A stretch of 64,000 bases of DNA from Schmidtea nova (taxonomy: Eukaryota), in assembly GCA_044892505.1 (NCBI GenBank), contig CM097882.1:417818001-417882000 (forward strand), read 5' to 3'. Positions 1-12,492 of the stretch are shown here, one piece after another. The number at the start of each line of letters is the position of its first letter. Within the stretch, counting starts at the first letter, position 1. The notes under the pieces were generated by a model that was not told the origin of the DNA, searched no databases, and worked only from the letters and a program-made list of their open reading frames with translations. The translations under genes were made by a program, and so were the position numbers.

Positions 1-1099
1 GATTAACATTTTTTAACATTATTCAAGTCCTGATAACCAGAAATAGAAAATCTCGGAAAGACACTCATAACAAAATCAAGTATAATGAAATTCAACTTTT
101 CTGTAAAGTTTCACGATGACAATAAGAAAATTTCATATTTTCCAGTGAATCTATCAATAAACTCTGTCGAATCGTAAAATATTCTACCGTAACCAAAGAG
201 AATTGTTGAATGAATAAATATCAAGAGACGGATTTTTGATAAAAAAATTAATAATTTCATTTGCACGCCTGTCAAGGAAGATTTGGATAAAAAAGATTTT
301 AGCAACTACGATAAAAAAAATTTCGCTTTCTTCATATTAATTAAAAACGAAATGCGATTCAACAAACAGAGAATATTTACTGAGACAATCTCCAACAATT
401 TATCCGAATTAATTTCCAAATTGAAATTTTCACTTTTTTTCAATTTGAAATGTGAATTTTGATATTTGTTATCAAAGGTCAACAATTTGTGTTGAATATT
501 TTATATGACTAAACGTATAACCGATATTTTGTACCGCAATATCATATGCACGACACTCCAAAAACCTCAAATTATCGGACCCGCATATTTCTATAATGGA
601 CGATTGAGTTGGATCGAGTTGTGACATGAACCGAATGTACATTGGATCTGGTTGATTTCGTGGGTTAGGAGATATATAGGTCTTCCAGTTTATAAATGGT
701 TCAATTTCTTTGTTAGCGTTGAATGGAATTTTGAACACGACCGATCTAAATAAAATTTATTGCGCAATATATAAACTCAAAATGATATATTGGCAGTAAA
801 TAAATAAATAAAAATTATTAATAATAATAATAATATCATAATTATCTTTTTTCACCTTTGATCTTTTTTTATNNNNNNNNNNNNNNNNNNNNNNNNNNNN
901 NNNNNNNNNNNNNNNNNNNNNNNNNNNNNNNNNNNNNNNNNNNNNNNNNNNNNNNNNNNNNNNNNNNNNNNNNNNNNNNNNNNNNNNNNNNNNNNNNNNN
1001 NNNNNNNNNNNNNNNNNNNNNNNNNNNNNNNNNNNNNNNNNNNNNNNNNNNNNNNNNNNNNNNNNNNNNNNNNNNNNNNNNNNNNCACCTTTGATCTTT

Positions 1100-1393
1100 T
1101 TTTATTATTATTATCAATAATTCTAATAATGACTATAGATCAAAATTTCTTTTTATAAACAATAACACAATATTTCGGCACAGCCTTTATCAAGTGTGAA
1201 TTTCTATCGTTATATTTACGTTATATTATAAAATTTTAAAAAAATAATTAAGGCTACTATTTAGGATTAAGTAAATATAACGATAGAAATACACACTTGA
1301 TAAAGGCTGTGCCGAAATATTGTGTTATTGTTTATAAAAAGAAATTTTGATCTATAGTCATTATGAGAATTATTGATAATAATAATAATAAAA
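1100..1393. repeat. Foldback (long inverted repeat) element: ~120-bp arms, 51-bp spacer
   Basis: 1100-1219 is the reverse complement of 1271-1393 with ~2 mismatches and one extra AAT. Core TATTTCGGCACAGCCTTTATCAAGTG. Related copies at 5161, 21385 and 23641. Confidence 0.85.
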
Positions 1394-3159
1394 TGTTCAA
1401 ATAATATAATAATTTGATAAAATATTATTAGTCTACTAAATTTTTATGTTGAACATATAATCTAAAAAATTAATAAAAATAAAAATAAAACAAATAAGAA
1501 TAAAATAAAATGTATTAAAATTTCATAAAAGATTCATAATATCCTATGCAAAATGAGAAATTTATATTTTTAATTAATTATCTAAATAAAAAGAAAATAT
1601 ATGTAAATAAAATATTATTCCTGTTGAAATTCTTGGATATAAAATACGCATAGGGTTACTTAAAAATGCAATGATATGATTTTTTGTAACATGTTGGGGA
1701 ATATACCGGCCATATTTCATTATAAAATATTCTTTTCCTTTTTCTACATTTAAAACAAAATATTGTTTGGCAATCGTAAATTCTGATTTAGACGAAGAAT
1801 GATTTCCCTATGCTTAGATTACTAGTTCAAACAGTCTATCATGTTATTATGTGAAGAGCACCAATGTCCCCTCCTATAGTCCCTATTTTCTATACAAGTT
1901 TGAATAATAATTCGTTTACGCAAGAAGTTCCATGTTAGGCATCTGTCATTAGCACATTGGGCGCACAAAAAATAGAAATATTTTATTATTTTCTCAAACC
2001 TTAAACTCATTTTGAGTTATTTATTTTTTATTATAAAACCCTGGAAAATAAATCTAATTTACTTATTTTAATATAAATAAACGATGTTTTTATTTATATC
2101 TATATCAAAAGATTATGTTTCTAAATTTTAAAGTTTATTTAAAATTAAATTAATTTTTATTGTAAAATATGAAAAATGATAAACGTTTAAAAAATTGTAA
2201 TTAAAATTGTAAAATCTTCTAAATTATAAAATTAAAAATTTTTTTAAAAGTATTTCAATTTTAAAATGTTCTGAAAATTTAACATTCGTATGATACAGAG
2301 TTTTGAAATTAAATCTTAACGAGTGCTTAAAAAGGATATGCTGTGAAATTATTTTTAATTACTTGAAATTTATCTTTGAAGTAAAATTTAAAAATGAAAG
2401 CTAGATAAATGCAGTGCAATTCTATTGAAAGTTAAACTTTTCATTTGTATTTTGATACATTCAAATTTTCTCTTAAATAGATTCCGGATCTAGTTTTGTT
2501 CTTAACTAAATCCGAGACGTCAATTGAAATGTCAACAAGGCATTGTTTTTCCATTAGTTAATGGGCGGTAGCAATACTGAAAGATTATTGCCGTTTAACC
2601 TGATATAATGAGTCTGCGAAAGTTGAAATTGTTCGCTTTTCTTCATGTAATTCACTTTCATTTTGTCAGCAATGAATTTTGAAATGAATCCTTTTAAGGC
2701 CATTGTATCTTTCTGAAGATTTCCAGTTTCTACCATAGTTTCTAATAGGCATTACGTTAAGAAGTCTGCAAAAACTTTCAAGGAACATTTGTTCATCCAA
2801 AAAATAATTGTAAATTGTAAATGAAAAAAGATCAAAAGTGAAGAATTATTTTAATGATAATAAATAAATAAAAGTCAATTCCAATTTTAATCGAATATTA
2901 TCTTCCAAACTTTTTATTATTTTTTTCGGATGATAATCATTCAATTTTCGGTTGTATTTACAGAGCAATATGATAGTTATGGTAATAAATATTTATATCA
3001 ACTTTCTCAGATAAGCAATTAACATATTAACATTTCACGCTAAACTAATTACGCAAAACTTGACATAAGATTGGCGGGCAATTTCATTCCTAGCCGTACG
3101 ATTTTTATTTTTTGTTTAATCTTGTTTAAGAATATTGCCTATAAGAGAGGGATACATAA

Positions 3160-3500
3160 CCCTTTAGCGATATGAAGACTCCAAAAAGGCAAAAAAATAG
3201 TTTTGGTGTTCGGATGAATGACAGAGAATCAGATCACTGATGTGTGATGCAGTATGGAGGCGGAGTGATCATAAAATTGCTAGATTCATATTAAAAACTT
3301 AATATTAATATCAGAAAAGGTTAGAAAATTCCAATAAAGAAGAATTATTTTTTGACCTACGAAATTTCTGACACTCCATTTTTATAAAAAACCAATTTCA
3401 TCAGTATCAGCAAAAACTTCATTATTGGACAGTTGGTGAGTTGAGAAATGTTATGATCTTGATAAATGAGGTTACTATATTTCAACTTCGACTGTAAACC
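3160..3500 (+). pseudogene. Possible highly decayed Tc1-like transposase fragment
   Basis: Broken frames read VMQYGGGVII (cf. Tc1 VKHGGGSIMVW) and HYWTVGELRNVM (cf. HWTxxDWxxVxF). Many stops; motif resemblance only. Confidence 0.3.
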
Positions 3501-4631
3501 TCATCACTAACCTAATTACCATTTAGTAAGACCCAAAAGTTTGTCGATTTAATACTTAACTTATAAATCATAAATCTTGACATCTTTAGAACTCTTAGTA
3601 TAAAATGCAAAATATTTATAATGTTTTATTCAGAGCATGTTCTCTTATCTAAACTTTATATGACTGTGAGTACCATTATCCGTGAAGTTATACTGAATTT
3701 TATTTTTCATAAATTAAACCTCTGTTCCCAATTTCGCATCAAGGGACATATTATTTACAAATTACATATGCACTTTGTCGAACAACTTAATGTATATGCA
3801 TGTGTTTGATTGAAACGTCCCTCCTGAAAAAAATTGCAAGTTCTATATGGGTAAAGAAATATCGAGGAAAGGCTTCCAAAAATATTTAATTTTTACTATT
3901 TTAGTTCATTAAAAAATCTGCTTCAATAATGCAATCATTTTCGTTAAGTGTTACAAGACGTGAATCAATTCTATTTAAAATCCACAAAAGGTAAGGATCG
4001 CAATTTGTTGAGTTTTAATAAGTCAATTTTTTATTCATTTTATTGAGTGCTTTATTTATCCAGTAAAATAGCTGTTCAGTGTGATGCTTGTCAAATGTGA
4101 AGCTTATCGAGAATTTGCTGTATTTAGAAATTTATATTTACATTATATTTTTAAACATTCTAAGGGTTCGACTGTAAAATAAACCTTAGAAAAGATTTCG
4201 ATCATTTCGAGAAAATCTTTTAAATTTAAATTTTAAAGTTTTGATAATAATTATTATTTTCAGTGACTGATTTTTACTTCTGTTGAATATCCACGATTTC
4301 ATTTGCAACAAATACCGCTACTGTCTTTTCTTCCTTAAAGAAATTGTTTCAAAATCTTGCTAGGGTTCTTAATGTGAGTATAATTTCCAAAAGAAGGATT
4401 AACAAATTTTAGGATTAATTCAGTTTGACGTACAATATGAACCAAATTTATGTGGAGTTAAAAATGGGAACTTGGTTTATTCAANNNNNNNNNNNNNNNN
4501 NNNNNNNNNNNNNNNNNNNNNNNNNNNNNNNNNNNNNNNNNNNNNNNNNNNNNNNNNNNNNNNNNNNNNNNNNNNNNNNNNNNNNNNNNNNNNNNNNNNN
4601 NNNNNNNNNNNNNNNNNNNNNNNNNNNNNNN

Positions 4632-5079
4632 ATTAATAATATATTGAATGAGCATTAACATAATAAAGCTTTGGTGTGTAGAAGACAGATACTTGTACCT
4701 GTCCTGAATTTCTAAAGCGCTACATTTGCAAACATGTGGTTGGTATGGCGATAAGATTAAAGTATTGCAAACCACAACCAGAGGCAAAAAATGTCTATAT
4801 TGGAACCAAGATTAAGAGAGAAAGACCTTTGAAAGCTTTACTAAGACAATGACAATTTTATAAAAGATGATCTGTGATTTTTTTCAATTTCAAAATAATA
4901 TTATATAATGGTCTTTCTTTGTCAAATGTTTTTTCTTAAATTGATTAATGTATTTTTTCATTAAAATTAATGTAGTTCTTTTAATAAACTAATGCTCATA
5001 AATAATTTCTATAATGCGATTAAGTTAATACTAAAGCTTTATTATGTTAATGCTCATTCACTATATTATTAATGCTCAA

Positions 5080-5085
<6 letters not shown>
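4632..5085 (+). mobile_element. MULE (Mutator-like) derived non-autonomous element; left end runs into the N gap
   Basis: Inverted repeat 4632-4672 versus 5033-5075 (ATTAATAATATATTGAATGAGCATTAACATAATAAAGCTTT) flanks a SWIM zinc-finger coding fragment. Confidence 0.6.
4694..4852 (+). pseudogene. SWIM zinc-finger C-terminal fragment of a MULE-type transposase
   Basis: Translates CTCPEFLKRYICKHVVGMAIRLKYCKPQPEAKNVYIGTKIKRERPLKALLRQ*: CxC-x8-CxH SWIM motif plus basic tail; no N-terminal part. Confidence 0.7.

Positions 5086-5161
<76 letters not shown>
5085..5161. repeat. (CT)n microsatellite
   Basis: About 38 TC units with one TA interruption. Confidence 0.95.
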
Positions 5162-5162
<1 letters not shown>

Positions 5163-5322
5163 TTGATCTTTTTTTATTATTATTATCAATAATTCTCATA
5201 ATGACTATAGATCAAAATTTTTTTTATAAACAATAACACAATATTTCGGCACAGCCTTTATCAAGTGATAAAGGCTGTGCCGAAATATTATGTTATTGTT
5301 TATAAAAAAAAATTTGATCTAT
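5161..5322. repeat. Foldback family copy with collapsed spacer; right arm cut by the N gap
   Basis: Same arm sequence as 1100-1219, centred on TTTATCA-AG-TGATAAA (loop 5264-5265). Confidence 0.8.
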
Positions 5323-6657
5323 NNNNNNNNNNNNNNNNNNNNNNNNNNNNNNNNNNNNNNNNNNNNNNNNNNNNNNNNNNNNNNNNNNNNNNNNNNNNNN
5401 NNNNNNNNNNNNNNNNNNNNNNNNNNNNNNNNNNNNNNNNNNNNNNNNNNNNNNNNNNNTGTCAAGGGCAGCTAGTTTACTAGAAGTTACCATATATCTA
5501 ACAATAAAATAAAATACAGATTTCCAAAGATTTGGAAATAAATTAAATTATGAAAAATGTTTTTACCTAATTGAAATTGAAACTTTTTCTAAACAAGCTA
5601 AAATACTTCATTCGTTGCCGAATTCTTAAGTGATGAACTGTGAGCAAAAACACAAATATTGAAAAATGAAATAATTGAATTTTAAAAAACGACAAACATA
5701 AATTATTTTATAATATCACCAATGCAAATATTTTTAAAATTTTTATTTTATTTTATTTTAGTATTGCTTTAATTTCTGCAACACCTACTTTTGAGGATTC
5801 AATGATGGAGTTTACTTATTTATTTACTGGGTTTACTTTATGGTGGTGACTGTTGTGGATAGATGAATCAAAAGAATACCTACTTAACAAAATATAGCAA
5901 TAAACTACTTACCACACAGGAGAAAACTTTGGTTAGCAAAAATATTATAATTAAATTGGTTGATTTTTTTTTCAAGATTGAATGTAGAGAAATGTATGGA
6001 TAAGAATTTACGCTCGGCTTATGTTTCGATGAAAGGTAAAAGAGTACTGTAAAAAATCGTACTTATCGTTATGTTTGGAGGAATGAAACTTTATCTACCA
6101 GCTGTAATATTCGAATGTATCATGAACATAATAGTATGATACACCAGATTTCAAAAGTTAAGGTACACCAGGCTGTGCGTCTGAATTTCATTTATATATT
6201 TTTCATTTTAATTTATTTCTAATTTAAGATTTAATTTTAAGCTTAATTTTTAGTTAAATATTTGTTTTTAAATGTAACAATTTTTTTGAACAATTCTTTA
6301 TATAAATCTTTTGCTTTAGATTAGAAATTATTTCATTCCAAATCAAAGTTAGTTTTTATTATTTTCTTAAACATTTTTTTAGTTGATTATACAAATTCAA
6401 GCAATATTACAGGCGATTTCCATTTTCCATGACCTGAATTATTTTTCTTTAGCATTAAAGATAAATTTTTGTAAAATCATAATAAATTTTATTTTTAAAT
6501 TACAAAAAGTTAAGATTTTCCAGTATAACGCTCGTTAACAGGTTGTGTCGAAGACATCTGTGTATTAAAACTTTTTAATTTTTTCCTTAATTTTCTTTAT
6601 TCTGGATATTCATTTTGATATTCATTTGATTGATTGTCTGTAATGTCTGTATTTTTA

Positions 6658-7152
6658 TTATAGAAAATGTGTGTGTAGGAATGCTAGAAGCAAATAAGAT
6701 TTTATTAATAGAAATTGATCTCCAATTGACAAGTTGGTCTTTGGCAACCGGAAATCCTGACCGATGATAACAAGAGTTGAAATGAGCAAGCTCCATGACA
6801 GTCCGTATTGATTGATTTCTGGTGATGGCGAATAATCGTTTAATCGAGATTGATTGTGATCCAATGTATTGATTTGTAGATTTTTTGAGTTATACATTTC
6901 AGATTTGTCTGGATAGTAGATTAATATTGATCCAGTTGATGACAAGCATCTTCCAGTTTGTACGGCTTCTTTAGGCACTCCAGCAGCGAAACATTTCTGC
7001 AATCTACGGAACTGGCAATTGTTTCTTCTTTGAATATCGACTACACAATCTCCACTAGAGTAGAACTGATAATTGTTGTCATTTGATGAAAACGAGTCGC
7101 TGTGAATGTCTTGAGTGAATTGGCATATCGAATCATTGTTAACAGCTTGCAT
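6658..7152 (-). pseudogene. Nuclear hormone receptor fragment (second Zn finger, T-box, hinge, start of LBD), NR2-like
   Basis: ORF contains FYSSGDCVVDIQRRNNCQFRRLQKCFAAGVPKEAVQTGR (cf. NR2F CxxNxxCxIDxHHRNQCQYCRLKKCxxVGMxxEAVQRGR) and NLSIGDQFLLIKS (LBD FxxLxxxDQxxLL signature). Two Cys ligands are changed, the first finger is absent, and the ORF stops early in the LBD. Confidence 0.7.
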
Positions 7153-8817
7153 TTTTTTTGATCAGCGTGAAAAAAGTGAAAATATGTAAATATTAAAACA
7201 ACATCTAATTTAATCCATTTAATAATTAATTAATTTATAAAATTGGAAATTTAATCTAAGGCACTACAGTGTGTTAAGAATTCATATTGTGCCTTCGTAA
7301 TTTTGCTGACCTGTTTTATTTTCCATTCTTATGTATGTATTTTTATATTATAAATTTCTTTTGTACCTTAAAGTTTGAAATAAACGAGTATGTTTTTACT
7401 ATGTAACAATTTTATTTAATTTATAGGTGGACCTTAAATTTTGAAAAGGATTGCACAAGAAACTAGTCATCGTTGGAAAACCTCATTGATGCATGAGTAT
7501 ACAAAACATTCCAATTCAGACCCATCTTCAGCTATTCTTAAAAGTTGTTGGTTTGAGAATGCATGGAAAAAGATATGGTTTAGGAATATAAATCGATTAA
7601 TTCAACTGGATTTGCATTTGATTTTAATAATCAGCATATTTTTAGACATATTTTACTGAATAATGTTTTTATCAAAGGTTGAATGATGTTCTAGAAAATG
7701 AAATTAATTCAGATTAATTTGAAACAGTAGATGTTTATGGTGAATAAATTATAGTTCTGATAGAAATGAAGACTATTTAATATTAAAGCTTCAAACTTTA
7801 TCACTAAAATATTATTACTAACAAAATTTACTTTTTGGCTAATTCATCATTGACCAAGAAAAATTAAAATTAAATTAAATAGAATAGAATCTTTATATAA
7901 TATCTTATATGCGTATTGTTATCTATGATATTTTGATAAATATCATTGTTTTGTAGTCATAAAGTCTAGGAGTGCGCGTACGATTTCTGATATTTTATCA
8001 TTATGTGAATTGATATCAAATATCTCAAATGTGATAGTTAGAAGTAACGAAGGTAAACAAATAGTTAAATAATAATCGTTGGGGTTAGTATTAAAGCAAT
8101 AAAAGCAAAATCCAAGAAAGATAAATATTATTAAAATCAAAAAAAATATCAAAATAACTAAAAGTGCAAAAATTTATGAAAATTTATCAAAAAATTAAAA
8201 AATATATTGAAGGGGGGAAATGGATATGGTTGAACGCAAATCATAAAATTAACTCAAAAATAGTAATAAAAACTTAGTAAAAATTCCTAGAATAAGTTAT
8301 TAAGAAATAACAAATTAATTAAAATAAGCCCGAGTCAATGGGGAAACCCGAGCAATGAGAAAAACTTAGAGCGCATTGGAGAGCCGAGAGAGCAGGGAAC
8401 CCGGGTAATTCCGTATATAATTAATGATAAACTCACCCAAGTGTCATGAAAAAATTAGACAATTTAATTGTTATTGTCCCAATTTATTGTCAAAAATATT
8501 TACATTGATTATCTCAATAAACTTCTCAATGATCTATAAAAAGGGAGTTGAAAAAAACGTACCGCCAGTTGGTGGATAAGATTAACGTCAAAATTGGAAG
8601 CTTACAAAACTTTAAGAAAATTAATAGAGGGAGGAAAGAAGTGATTTTAATAAAACTTAGCCCTTGGGTCATCTACCTTAAAGTTTAATCAAATTATAAA
8701 ACGAAAGAAAGTGTAAATTAATGAAAAATTGTAAATTGCATATATTTAATAAATTGGAATTAAAGACAATTTGTAATTTAACAAATAAAGTTTGTGATAC
8801 CCAGTACAAATCCCCAA

Positions 8818-8857
8818 TAGCCCACTAGTTTCGAGTTTTTGGCTCTCATCAGTGCTA
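8818..8857 (-). ncRNA. Minimal type I hammerhead ribozyme motif (degenerate cleavage site)
   Basis: Minus strand: TAGCA CTGATGA GAGC CAAAA ACTC GAAAC TA GTG GGCTA. Core intact; GTC triplet and stem I altered. Confidence 0.7.
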
Positions 8858-9093
8858 TGCAGAAGACGCGAAAATTTTTCTCCGCGTTTGCAAATAGTTT
8901 ATATTGAACACTTTTAGTGCGCAGAGGCGAATATGAAATTCATACGCCATGTTTACAAGTTACAAATTATCTGTAGGACCTTGCATTTTCAAGTGATGTG
9001 ATATCCAGTGTACCAGGTACGGTATTTAACAAAGTTGTTTAGACTTTGTTTTATACTTACATGGCGCGGAGAGAAATTTTCGGTTCTCCTGTC

Positions 9094-9133
9094 TAGCACT
9101 GATGAGAGCCAAAAGCTCGAAAATAGTCTGCTA
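9094..9133 (+). ncRNA. Minimal type I hammerhead ribozyme motif
   Basis: TAGCA CTGATGA GAGC CAAAA GCTC GAAAA TA GTC TGCTA. Stem I TAGCA/TGCTA, stem II GAGC/GCTC, GTC triplet; stem III carries GAAAC>GAAAA. Confidence 0.75.
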
Positions 9134-11010
9134 TTGGAGATTTAAACTGGGAATCACAAAGCTTTACTTGTTAGAAACAAAAAGTCATCCGACAAATGTT
9201 TTTCCCTTTGTAATTTGTTGTGACAATCAAATAAAATTATTTTTTGTTGGATATTATTGATGTTGATATAGATAAAAGGACATGAGGAATCAGAGGTTAC
9301 ATAGATCTAGTGTTTAAATAAAATAACCCAACAAAGTGTTTAAATGTAATTTAAAATAAATTATGATTAACTATTAGTATATCAACGCAAAATCTTTGTT
9401 TGTACTGTTCGTACAATTCAAATATGATTATATTTATAATTGCATACAACCAATATCATACCTATATTTACTAATATCAAAATATTTGTTTATTTTTTAT
9501 AAAAACTAGATAAAATTTGTTTCTAAACGATAAACGTATTTTTGGAACAGCTTTTTTTAATTCTATAATTATTAACGAAATGATAGAAGGTGATATAAGA
9601 AATAATAAATTATTTTTACTAAAATAAGTAAATATTTTGTTAGAAATATCATTAAAAAAGAAAGAAAACTTTTAAAAGAAAAATGTCTAGAAAAACCGTA
9701 AAAACTGTCAAAATCACTATCAAAATTATCTTTTCGTTTCACATTTTACTTATTTTTTAATTCTTTAATTTTCATATATACTGTAAATGCTGTATATTTT
9801 TTATCATTGACATTTTTATTATGGTTATCTTTATTGTTGTTATTATTGTTATTGAAACCGCTGTCATCCTGGTAGGTGTCCCTGCGGATTACCGGGTAAC
9901 NNNNNNNNNNNNNNNNNNNNNNNNNNNNNNNNNNNNNNNNNNNNNNNNNNNNNNNNNNNNNNNNNNNNNNNNNNNNNNNNNNNNNNNNNNNNNNNNNNNN
10001 NNNNNNNNNNNNNNNNNNNNNNNNNNNNNNNNNNNNNNNNNNNNNNNNNNNNNNNNNNNNNNNNNNNNNNNNNNNNNNNNNNNNNNNNNNNNNNNNNNNN
10101 NNNNNNNNNNNNNNNNNNNNNNNNNNNNNNNNNNNNNNNGAATTTTAATGATATAAAACTATAGTAATAAACTATAGTAGAAAAAAATTAATACACAAAT
10201 AAAAATATCAAATGAAATTTGGAAAATAACTAAGGAATTATGAATTAAAATCGTTAAAGAAACAAATTGAAAAGTAAAAAGAAAAACGTTTGGCAAAATT
10301 ATTTGAATTTGAAGACGGAAGAATTAACCCAAATTAATTATTAAAACGAAAGAAAACTTGCTTAAAGAAACCCAATTAAAGAATTCAAATTAAAGAAGAT
10401 AGAAAAAAAGAAATAAAGACTGAGAAGAAACCTTAACAAGCGACAATACAGATTATTGCGAGTAACTTAAAGAAACTTGCTCAAAGAAATCACAGTTGAG
10501 GAAGTCTAATTAAAGAAAGCAAAGAAAAAAACAGAGAAAGAAAAAAACTTAACTACTAAGGAAAATAAACCAAAGGAGGTAAATTAAAAAAAAACGAACT
10601 TAAGTCAAAATTACGTGAGTACGTGTTTATAAAGTTTTGAATAATAAAAGTTTTAAAAAAATAATTAGTTTTGTTGGTTTGTCATTTGAATTTTCTATTT
10701 TGAATTATTTGTATTTACACGCACCACAAGTTACACAACAAGCACCTCGAGTGTCTACACACTGTTTTTGTAAGACTCTCTCGGGCTCTACAATATTTCC
10801 CTTATTAACACAAAATCTATCAACAACCTACAAATAACAATACTTAATAATTAAAAAGTTAGAACATAATATATACACTTGACAAAAGCTATACCGACAT
10901 ATTGTGTACCTAATAAACAAAAATAAATTTTTAAAAATTATTGAATAAAACACTCAATCAAAGACTACGAAATCAGAAGCTGAATTTCGAATCGCATTTG
11001 TTTGTTTGCA

Positions 11011-11150
11011 CGTAAAGATAATTTTGCAGAAAGAGTTACAGCTGGAACACCTATGTATACGAATGAAGTTGTAGAATATTTAGCTGTTGGAGTCCAAGAA
11101 TTAAGAAATAATTATACTAAAGACAATAAAAATCCAGACATTTGCAATTG
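11011..11150 (+). pseudogene. H2A: Histone H2A pseudogene fragment
   Basis: RKDNFAERVTAGTPMYTNEVVEYLAVGVQELRNNYTKDNK versus canonical [40 protein letters not shown]. The following CCAGACATTTGCAATTG gives RHLQL after a frameshift. Confidence 0.7.
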
Positions 11151-12125
11151 AGATCTTATTATTACAAAAATATATTGAATAAAGTGTTTTTACTATTTTT
11201 CATTACTTCAGAATGTCTTAGATAAATTTATGTTTTCTTATTTTTAATGAAAATTTAACCTTAAGACAATGTTAAAATGATTAAATAAAATTAAAAAATG
11301 CTTTCTTTATATTAAATATATTTAAGAACCAAATCCAGTGCCTAACCGAATGGCCATTTGGCTATCCCTGGTTTTTGAATATTTAATATAATTTATTTAT
11401 TAAAAAATTTCTCAATTATGTAGATCCAAGAATAATAATTATCTAATAACTCAGGATCAACAATTTGTAAAGAGCTATAAATATTTTGTCAACTCCATTA
11501 ACTACAATGTCAAAAACTCTCCAGATAATTTCCGTATTCTCCTTTCTCTTCCATTCGAAACAATTCAACAATTTTAAATTTTAACTTTTAATCATTTCAT
11601 CACTTGATAAATAACTTGGCTTAATTGTAAAGAAGGAAGTTAATTTCTCTTTATTTTTTTAACAGAAATAAAAACGAATTAGCGAATATGAAGTTATTTG
11701 AAACAAACTATTTAAGTAAGAAAATATTTTCTAAAATTTTATGAATAAAATCAAAAAATATATATTTATTAATATTTTTCATATTTTTTTAGTTTTTTAC
11801 ATATTTTAAAAAATTTCCTTTTGATTAAAAGATATTCTAACAAAAATAGATCAATGAAAGAAAGACAAATTATTTATTTATCATACATTAGAATATTAGT
11901 TGTTTAAAAAATATTTTAGATTTATTCTATTGGTTAATTATTTTTTGTTTGTTTGAAAAAGAGAAAATTATTTAAAAATTATCTATTTCTACAGAAGCTA
12001 AATGTTGATGGATTAAACATTTAGGGGGCCCTGTGCGGCTGTACCAAAATAAATTTGGTCACCATTTTCGCAGGCATAATTTTATCTCAAAAATAAAACT
12101 TCTGAAAACTACATTTTTAGAGTCT

Positions 12126-12425
12126 CTAAGCCACTTGACTAACTTGAGGATGAATTAAATGAATTTCACCACTATTGTCTTTTTCATGAAATCTTTCGGA
12201 GTTAAATAACATTTCGGCTTCTTCGGGAGCTATGCTTAACCTTTGAGAATCTGAACAAAGCACGTCAGATTCTATGATGTTCATATCCGATTCCGACTGA
12301 TAGTTAACAGTGTTCGTTGTAAATCCCAATTTAAACAAATTCATGTCCTGACTGTTACCTAATTCTTTTTCTTTCTTTTCAACTTTTTACTTACGTTTGA
12401 GCGCTCCACTTAAATAAACGCGTTT
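12126..12425 (-). pseudogene. Possible hAT transposase N-terminal remnant
   Basis: Minus strand reads LSGALKRK*KVEKKEKELGNSQDMNLF..., resembling SGAxKRK N-termini of hAT/ZMYM1-like transposases. No catalytic domain seen. Confidence 0.3.
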
Positions 12426-12492
12426 GTCTGACATTTTTTATTTACGATTGATCGTTAAATATTTTTAAATATTTTTTTTAATATTAATCTGA

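Larger units (their letters stand above)
8779..9173. mobile_element. Inverted pair of Penelope-type pLTR-like segments, each with a hammerhead motif
   Basis: 8779-8886 is the reverse complement of 9065-9173 at roughly 80% identity, with a 178-bp spacer. Confidence 0.7.

Noticed and set aside
472-738. 88-aa minus-strand ORF, plus coding-looking stretches at 2554-2736, 7441-7659, 17628-17810 and 24000-24470
   Set aside because: No motif I can recognise; probably decayed TE or exon fragments. Needs BLASTX.
853-1105. CACCTTTGATCTTTTTTT on both sides of the first gap
   Set aside because: Likely an overlapping-contig artefact at a hairpin; a real duplication cannot be shown.
852-1117. ORFs made of X residues (also 4425-4787, 5265-5493, 9821-10156, 18392-18940)
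   Set aside because: They only span N gaps (873-1085, 4485-4631, 5323-5459, 9901-10139, 18428-18874).
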